From Thiohalobacteraceae bacterium (lineage in GTDB: Bacteria > Pseudomonadota > Gammaproteobacteria > Thiohalobacterales > Thiohalobacteraceae), in the NCBI GenBank assembly GCA_041592335.1, contig JBFHQE010000012.1, forward strand, positions 10,383-74,382: DNA of 64,000 nt, written 5' to 3'. Made by a program: the position numbers and the translations under genes. Below are positions 58,089-64,000 of this stretch, piece after piece. Position 1 is the first letter of the stretch. Each line of letters starts with the position of its first letter. The notes under the pieces are model-generated. The model saw nothing but the letters and a program-made list of their open reading frames with translations, did no database searches and had not been told where the DNA came from.

Positions 58089-59500
58089 AGCCGGTCTTTC
58101 TCACCACTGATATTCTGATCTTCCTGCTGGTCGGTATCGTCGTGGCTTTCGCCCTTTATGCCCGTAACAAACCCCAGATACGCGAGTCCTGGCGCGATGT
58201 ATTACGCAGCAAGATGGGCATGGGTTCGCTGGTGGTGTTGCTGGCCTTCGTTACGGTTGGGCTGCTGGATTCCCTGCATTTCCGCGAGGCGCTGCCCGCC
58301 AGCGAACAACAAATCGAGGGCGAGCAGCATTATTCCGTGGAAGTGCTGAGCGTGCTGGATGTAGTGCTGGGCGAGATGCGTACCAATGTCGAGAAGACCT
58401 ATTCGGCGCCGTTTTCCGCCTATCTGTTCACCAAGGAGACTATTGAATTACCGGGTGGCGGACAGGCGCGGGAGTATCCACGGCTCGCATTCGGCGGCAT
58501 TCATCTCAGCGATCCTGCGACAGAAACCTCATCCGACATACTGTCCCGGCTAGTGCTCGCACTGGTTCAGGCGGTCGTATTGGTATTGCTGATCAGCCTG
58601 TTGTTGAAACTCTGGCTGTCGTTGCGCCATCCGGATGATGCCTCATACAGTTACTCGGCTATATGGCGTGGCAAAACCGAGTTGCCCTGGCATGTAGCGC
58701 TCTACACCCTGGCGGTTATCCTGTTTCTGATAGCGGCGGTATACAACCTGGGGACGGCTTATCATATTCTGGGTACCGACAAGATCGGCCAGGATGTGTT
58801 GTACCAGGCAATCAAGAGTATTCGCACTGGCCTGATGATCGGCACTCTGACCACGCTGGTGATGCTGCCGTTCGCCGTCATGCTGGGCATCATGGCCGGT
58901 TATTTTCAGGGGCTGGTGGATGATGTCATTCAGTATATCTACACCACCTTCAGTTCCATTCCGGGCATATTGCTGATCGCGGCCGCTGTGTTGATGGTGG
59001 ATGTTTATATCGCCAATAACCCGGATGCTTTTGAGACTTCGGTGGAGCGCGCGGATATCAAGCTGCTGTTCCTCTGTATTATTCTGGGCGTGGCCAGCTG
59101 GATGGGTTTATGCCGCATGTTGCGCGGAGAGTCCTTCAAGCTGCGCGAGCTGGATTATGTGCAGGCGGCGCAGGCTTTCGGTGTCAGCAACAGACTGATA
59201 ATGACGCGGCATATTCTGCCGAACGTGATGCATATTGTATTAATCGCGGTGGTGCTCGATTTTTCCGGCCTGGTGCTGGCCGAGGCTGTGTTGTCCTATA
59301 TTGGCGTTGGCGTCGATCCTTCCATGAACAGTTGGGGGAACATGATCAACCGGGCGCGCCTGGAGATGGCGCGCGATCCAATGGTATGGTGGTCATTACT
59401 GGGCGCCTTTATTTTTATGTTTGCGCTGGTGCTGGCGGCAAACCTGTTTTCCGACGCAGTGCGTGATGCCTTTGATCCGCGCCTGCGCAAACGCACGTGA
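58085..59500 (+). CDS. ABC transporter permease (YejE/DppC-like) with extended N-terminal region
   Basis: 471 aa. ATGA overlap with the upstream gene. C-terminal BPD_transp_1 core (LGTDKIGQDVL...) preceded by about 230 extra residues with additional TM segments. Confidence 0.85.
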   Translation: MKPVFLTTDILIFLLVGIVVAFALYARNKPQIRESWRDVLRSKMGMGSLVVLLAFVTVGLLDSLHFREALPASEQQIEGEQHYSVEVLSVLDVVLGEMRTNVEKTYSAPFSAYLFTKETIELPGGGQAREYPRLAFGGIHLSDPATETSSDILSRLVLALVQAVVLVLLISLLLKLWLSLRHPDDASYSYSAIWRGKTELPWHVALYTLAVILFLIAAVYNLGTAYHILGTDKIGQDVLYQAIKSIRTGLMIGTLTTLVMLPFAVMLGIMAGYFQGLVDDVIQYIYTTFSSIPGILLIAAAVLMVDVYIANNPDAFETSVERADIKLLFLCIILGVASWMGLCRMLRGESFKLRELDYVQAAQAFGVSNRLIMTRHILPNVMHIVLIAVVLDFSGLVLAEAVLSYIGVGVDPSMNSWGNMINRARLEMARDPMVWWSLLGAFIFMFALVLAANLFSDAVRDAFDPRLRKRT

Positions 59501-59504
59501 GTGA

Positions 59505-61514
59505 ATGGGCATGTCTGACATCTTGCTGGAAGTGAAAAATCTCACCACGGAACTGGGTGAAGGTCCGGGTGCCGTGCGTGCGGTGGATAATGTCAGTTTC
59601 ACCATTCACAAGGGTGAGACTTTCGCCCTGCTGGGTGAGTCCGGTTGCGGCAAGTCCATGACGGCGCTTTCCATCATGCGTCTGTTGCCAAAACCGGCTG
59701 GGAATATCACGACTGGCGAAATCAGGCTGGCGGGGCAGGACTTGTTGCACCTGCCGGAAATGGCCATGCGCGGTATACGCGGTGGCAAGATCGGCATGAT
59801 CTTTCAGGAACCGATGACTTCACTGAACCCGGTGCTGACTGTTGGTCGCCAGATCGGCGAATCCCTGCAATTGCACAAAGGCCTGTCTGGCAAGGCGCTG
59901 ACTGATCGTGTTCGTGAATTGCTGGACGCGGTGGGAATCCCGGATTCTGCACGCCGGATGAATGAATACCCGCATCAGCTATCGGGTGGCATGAAGCAAC
60001 GTGTCATGATCGCCATGGCGCTGGCCGGCGAGCCGGAATTGCTGATAGCGGATGAACCCACCACCGCACTGGATGTCACCATCCAGGCACAAGTTCTGGA
60101 GCTGTTGCAGAAACTACAGCAGGACACCGGCATGGCCATGTTGCTGATCACCCATGACCTTGGTGTCGTCGCCAACATGGTGGATCGTCTCGGTGTCATG
60201 TATGCCGGAGAGATTGTCGAAACCGCCTGTCGCGAAGATTTTTTTGCTGCTCCCCAGCACCCTTACAGCCAGAAGTTGTTCCAGTCCCTGCCGGATATGA
60301 ACAAGCGCGATCAGGCGCTGACGCAGATTCCGGGTACAGTGCCACCCTTGAGCGAGCGATTCAGCCATTGTCGTTTTGCCGAACGGTGCGATTTTGCATG
60401 GGCACATTGTCGTGACCATATACCGGCATGGACTGAACTGGATAAGGAGCGCGGTGTCCGTTGTTTTCTGCATCAGGACGACATCGAAAAACCCGTTAAG
60501 GATGCCGGACAGCGCGCAAACACCCGCATTCCAGCATCGCACACCGGCGATACGCTGTTGAACGTGAAGTCGCTAAAGATGCATTTCCCGATTCACAAGG
60601 GCGTGTTCCGACGCGTTGCCGGTTATGTCTATGCCGTCGATGATGTGGACCTTTCCATTGCGGAAGGTGAGACGCTGGCGCTGGTGGGAGAGTCTGGATG
60701 TGGCAAGACCACGGTGGGTAAGGCGATATTGCAGTTGCTGCGCCCGACCTCGGGTGGAGTTGATTTTGCCGGGACAGAACTCACGCAACTGAAAGGCGAG
60801 GCGTTGCGACAACGTCGCTCCGATTTCCAGATAATCTTTCAGGACCCGTTCTCTTCCATGAATCCCCGCATGCGGGTCGGCGAGATTATTGAAGAGGGCA
60901 TGGTGGCACAGGGGGTTGGTGAAAATGCGCAGGAGCGCCAGCGCCTGATTAGCGAGATGCTGGAGAAGGTTGGTTTACGTCCCGAACATATCCGGCGCTA
61001 CCCGCATGAATTCTCCGGTGGGCAACGGCAACGTATCTGCGTGGCGCGTGCGTTGGCGGTGCAACCCAAACTCATTGTCTGCGACGAGCCGACCAGCGCG
61101 CTGGATGTATCGGTCCAGGCACAGATCCTCAATCTTCTAAAGCAGCTTCAGCATGATCTGGGACTGGCCTATTTATTCATTACCCATAACCTTTCAGTTG
61201 TCGGTTATCTGGCTGATCGCGTTGCGGTGATGTATCTCGGTCGAGTCGTTGAGGAAGGCCCTGTTGAAGAAGTATTGAACAATCCGCAACACCCTTATAC
61301 CGAGGCTCTTATTTCAGCCGTGCCACAGGTGGATGAATCAACCAAACGCGAGGTGATCCGGCTGGAGGGAGATCTACCGTCGCCGTCAGCACCGCCGCAG
61401 GGTTGTCATTTCCACCCGCGTTGTCCGAAGGCGATGGCGCAATGCAAGCAATCATACCCTGATAAAACCCGGCTTGATGACAGGCATTGGGTGAAATGTC
61501 ATTTGTCGGGGTAA
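59505..61514 (+). CDS. ABC transporter ATP-binding protein, duplicated ATPase (YejF-like)
   Basis: 669 aa. Two Walker A motifs ([16 protein letters not shown]) and two signature motifs ([16 protein letters not shown]). Confidence 0.92.
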   Translation: MGMSDILLEVKNLTTELGEGPGAVRAVDNVSFTIHKGETFALLGESGCGKSMTALSIMRLLPKPAGNITTGEIRLAGQDLLHLPEMAMRGIRGGKIGMIFQEPMTSLNPVLTVGRQIGESLQLHKGLSGKALTDRVRELLDAVGIPDSARRMNEYPHQLSGGMKQRVMIAMALAGEPELLIADEPTTALDVTIQAQVLELLQKLQQDTGMAMLLITHDLGVVANMVDRLGVMYAGEIVETACREDFFAAPQHPYSQKLFQSLPDMNKRDQALTQIPGTVPPLSERFSHCRFAERCDFAWAHCRDHIPAWTELDKERGVRCFLHQDDIEKPVKDAGQRANTRIPASHTGDTLLNVKSLKMHFPIHKGVFRRVAGYVYAVDDVDLSIAEGETLALVGESGCGKTTVGKAILQLLRPTSGGVDFAGTELTQLKGEALRQRRSDFQIIFQDPFSSMNPRMRVGEIIEEGMVAQGVGENAQERQRLISEMLEKVGLRPEHIRRYPHEFSGGQRQRICVARALAVQPKLIVCDEPTSALDVSVQAQILNLLKQLQHDLGLAYLFITHNLSVVGYLADRVAVMYLGRVVEEGPVEEVLNNPQHPYTEALISAVPQVDESTKREVIRLEGDLPSPSAPPQGCHFHPRCPKAMAQCKQSYPDKTRLDDRHWVKCHLSG

Positions 61515-61520
61515 GCTGAA

Positions 61521-62228
61521 ATGATGTCGTTCCGCCAAATATTAATCCTTAATATCCTGATGGTTTCATCATTCGTTATGGCGGATGAATTCGTCACGGA
61601 TTCCCCGGATGAAGAGGGCGCCGAGATCATCGATATGCGCGGCACGATTGTGCCTTCCGAAGTCCAGGTCGAACCCTTTCCGACGCCCTTCAAGGAACGT
61701 CCGCCGGTAATGCAGATAGCGCCACCCGAAGATAAGGCCGAGCCAGCGGAAACGGAATCAGAACCCGAGCCGCCACCACCGCCTTCACCCATTCACGAGG
61801 ATTTGCAGATATTCCTGGACGGAAATTACGTAAAGACGCATTGCGAGTCCATCGAGCGTTGCGATGAAATGATCCGCCTGGATTGTGATTATAAACAGGA
61901 AGGGCCGATATATTACTTCGACAATGTCGAGGGTAAAACCCTTATGACCTGCGGTAGTGCCTGTCTCGAACCCGATCCCTATGATCCTCTTGGCTGTAAA
62001 GAGTGTCCGCCAAAAGGCTGGAAAGAATGCATGTCGCGGGAAGAGCAGAAGCGGCTTGCAGAAGAAGCCGCGCAACGTAAAGCCGAGGAAGAGGCCTACC
62101 AGCAATTGCTTGAGCAGGAACGCGAGATCGAGAAGAAGATGCTGGAAGCGGAAAAGGATTACATGCGGCGGCTGCATGAGCTGGAAGATGCCATGCGGCA
62201 GCTGTACGACAAAGAGCAGGCTGAATAA
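61521..62228 (+). CDS. Hypothetical secreted protein: Pro/Glu-rich linker, Cys-rich module, charged coiled-coil tail
   Basis: 235 aa. Signal peptide ILILNILMVSSFVMA, EPEPPPPPSP, 10 Cys within about 75 aa, C-terminal E/K/Q-rich heptad-like region. Starts 6 nt after the ABC ATPase stop. Confidence 0.55.
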   Translation: MMSFRQILILNILMVSSFVMADEFVTDSPDEEGAEIIDMRGTIVPSEVQVEPFPTPFKERPPVMQIAPPEDKAEPAETESEPEPPPPPSPIHEDLQIFLDGNYVKTHCESIERCDEMIRLDCDYKQEGPIYYFDNVEGKTLMTCGSACLEPDPYDPLGCKECPPKGWKECMSREEQKRLAEEAAQRKAEEEAYQQLLEQEREIEKKMLEAEKDYMRRLHELEDAMRQLYDKEQAE

Positions 62229-62332
62229 ATTCCCCTGAAATACGTAGCAGTATCCACATCAAATCCTGGTGTTTAAGCCGCATTGCGGGTGCTAGAATCC
62301 GGGGCTTTACAATTTTCAAACAAGGCAGGCAT

Positions 62333-63511
62333 ATGAGCGGTTCCTTTTATCCCCCCGAGCGTACCCTGATGGGCCCAGGCCCTTCTGATGTCAATCCCCG
62401 TGTGTTGCAGGCCATGGCGCGTCCAATCATTGGCCACCTGGACCCGGTGTTTGTGGAGATGATGGACGAACAGAAGACGCTGTTACGCTATGCCTTCCAG
62501 ACCGATAACCAGCTCACCATGCCAGTGTCCGCACCGGGCTCCGCCGGGATGGAAACCTGTTTTGTAAACCTGGTTGAACCGGGCGACAAGGTGATCGTTT
62601 GCCAGAATGGCGTGTTCGGCGGGCGTATGAAAGAAAACGTCGAGCGCTGTGGCGCGGAAGCCATCATGGTGCAGGACGAGTGGGGTACGGCGGTTGATGT
62701 GAACAAGGTCGAAGAGGCATTGAAGGCCAATCCCGATGCCAAGATTGTGGCTTTTGTGCATGCCGAAACCTCAACCGGCGCCATGTCCGATGCAAAGACC
62801 ATTGCCAGGCTGGCGCATGAACATGATTGTCTTGTTATAGCCGACACCGTAACGTCACTGGCCGGTTCGGAATTGAAAGTAACTGAATGGGGACTGGATG
62901 CGGTGTATTCCGGTACCCAGAAATGCCTGTCCTGTGTGCCGGGTCTGTCGCCGATAACCTTCAGCGATCGCGCGCTGGAAGTGGTCAAGAATCGCAAGAC
63001 CAAGGTACAGAGCTGGTTCCTCGATCTGAACCTGGTGCTGGGTTACTGGGGTGGCGGTGGTAAACGCGCCTATCACCATACCGCGCCGGTTAACACACTG
63101 TATGCCTTGCATGAAGCACTGGTGATCCTGAAAGAAGAAGGTATCGAGAATTCCTGGGCGCGTCATCGCAAGAACCACAACGCGCTGAAAACCGGCCTGG
63201 AAGCCATGGGGATCAACTTTGTGGTGAAAGAGGCTGATCGTCTGCCGCAATTGAACCTGGTGACCGTGCCGGAAGGTGTCGATGAAGCCGCAGTACGTAC
63301 CCGTTTGCTGAATGACTACAACCTCGAAATCGGTGCGGGTCTGGGTGCGCTGGCGGGTAAGGTGTGGCGTATTGGCCTGATGGGTCATGCCAGCAACAAG
63401 ACCAACGTGCTGTTCTGCCTGGGTGCGCTGGATGCGGTGTTGAGTGAAATGAAAGCGCCGATTACGTCAGGTGTGGCGGTTTCTGCTGCGACGAAGGTTT
63501 ACGGTAATTAA
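62333..63511 (+). CDS. Class-V PLP aminotransferase (serine/alanine--glyoxylate aminotransferase family)
   Basis: 392 aa. SGTQKCLS (PLP Lys) and an AGXT-type N-terminus [17 protein letters not shown]. Confidence 0.82.
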   Translation: MSGSFYPPERTLMGPGPSDVNPRVLQAMARPIIGHLDPVFVEMMDEQKTLLRYAFQTDNQLTMPVSAPGSAGMETCFVNLVEPGDKVIVCQNGVFGGRMKENVERCGAEAIMVQDEWGTAVDVNKVEEALKANPDAKIVAFVHAETSTGAMSDAKTIARLAHEHDCLVIADTVTSLAGSELKVTEWGLDAVYSGTQKCLSCVPGLSPITFSDRALEVVKNRKTKVQSWFLDLNLVLGYWGGGGKRAYHHTAPVNTLYALHEALVILKEEGIENSWARHRKNHNALKTGLEAMGINFVVKEADRLPQLNLVTVPEGVDEAAVRTRLLNDYNLEIGAGLGALAGKVWRIGLMGHASNKTNVLFCLGALDAVLSEMKAPITSGVAVSAATKVYGN

Positions 63512-63535
63512 ATAAACCCTTGCTGGAAACAAAAT

Positions 63536-63558
63536 AGGGTGCTTCTGCACCCTTTTTT
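63536..63558. terminator. Terminator between convergent aminotransferase and PhyH genes
   Basis: AGGGTGC-TTCT-GCACCCT followed by TTTTT. Confidence 0.75.
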
Positions 63559-63561
63559 GTA

Positions 63562-64000
63562 TTAGTCAACGTTAGGTATTTCCAGCTCAGGCAAACTCGT
63601 CGACCTTGTGTCGTCCTTAGGCAGGTTATCAAACGGCCGGAAGCTGAATACGACCGAGAACTTGGTCTGGTCAGAATAGTTGCGCGTCGCCGCATGCAAG
63701 GTGCGGACATGAAAGAACAGCACATCACCCGGTTCCAGAATCGCCGTGACCTGTTGCGCAATCAACGCCTGATTCTGCGGAGTGTCATCCCGGAAGAATA
63801 ACTGCTTATCAAACTGATCGGCCGTGAACTGCATGCGATGCGTGCCGGGGATCAACCGCATGCAACCGTTCTCTTCCTTTTCCGGTCCCAGCGCCAGCCA
63901 GGCATTCACCAGTTCGGGGCGCTGGAAATTCCAGTAACGAATGTCCTGATGCCAGCCGGTGTCCGAGCTGAAGTGCGGTTGTTTGGTCATGATGCAGTTG
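63562..64000 (-). CDS. Phytanoyl-CoA dioxygenase (PhyH) family Fe(II)/2OG oxygenase, C-terminal part (gene continues beyond the right edge)
   Basis: GWHQDIRYW (HxD) and a distal H in FFHVRTLHAATRN. The frame stays open upstream of the listed ATG (63990) to the window end. Confidence 0.75.
   Translation of the reverse strand, partial: NCIMTKQPHFSSDTGWHQDIRYWNFQRPELVNAWLALGPEKEENGCMRLIPGTHRMQFTADQFDKQLFFRDDTPQNQALIAQQVTAILEPGDVLFFHVRTLHAATRNYSDQTKFSVVFSFRPFDNLPKDDTRSTSLPELEIPNVD

Overview
This 64 kb window looks like conserved core chromosome of a gammaproteobacterium, with gene order recalling Pseudomonas and E. coli. I call 60 protein genes, 7 tRNA genes in three clusters, no rRNA, no CRISPR array, and no transposase, integrase or phage gene. 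All calls rest on reading the supplied translations and the raw sequence; no database search was possible.

Gene content, left to right:
- A minus-strand minor-pilin operon, fimT-pilV-pilW-pilX-pilY1. The pilY1 5' part is missing from the ORF track, but the frame is open to the window edge.
- suhB, psd, and a Sco1/PCuAC copper-chaperone pair.
- prmB, hemN, aroC.
- An orphan CheY-like receiver plus Hpt pair, then an MFS transporter.
- A long syntenic block: LysR regulator / leuCDB-asd-fimV-truA-trpFBA-accD-folC-dedD-cvpA-purF-metZ.
- A small block of poorly characterised genes: glycerate 2-kinase, DUF455, and two orphans.
- lpxH, ppiA, gltX, cysS.
- A small membrane protein start/stop-overlapped with a HAMP-PAS-GGDEF-EAL protein.
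- folD, tRNAs, tig-clpP-clpX-lon-hupB, tRNAs, ppiD.
- A DAACS symporter and fabI.
- A YejABEF-like ABC importer followed by a Cys-rich coiled-coil secreted orphan.
- A class-V aminotransferase and a partial PhyH-family dioxygenase.

I found no convincing novel multi-gene system. The leads worth a second look are small-scale:
1. A structured purF-metZ leader with riboswitch-like alternative pairings, possibly SAM-II-like.
2. A perfect sigma54 -24/-12 core in the clpP-clpX spacer.
3. Three families of REP-like palindromic elements, two of them inside the leuCDB operon spacers.
4. An ABC substrate-binding protein with both a lipobox and a C-terminal TM helix.
5. Several orphan or coupled signalling genes.
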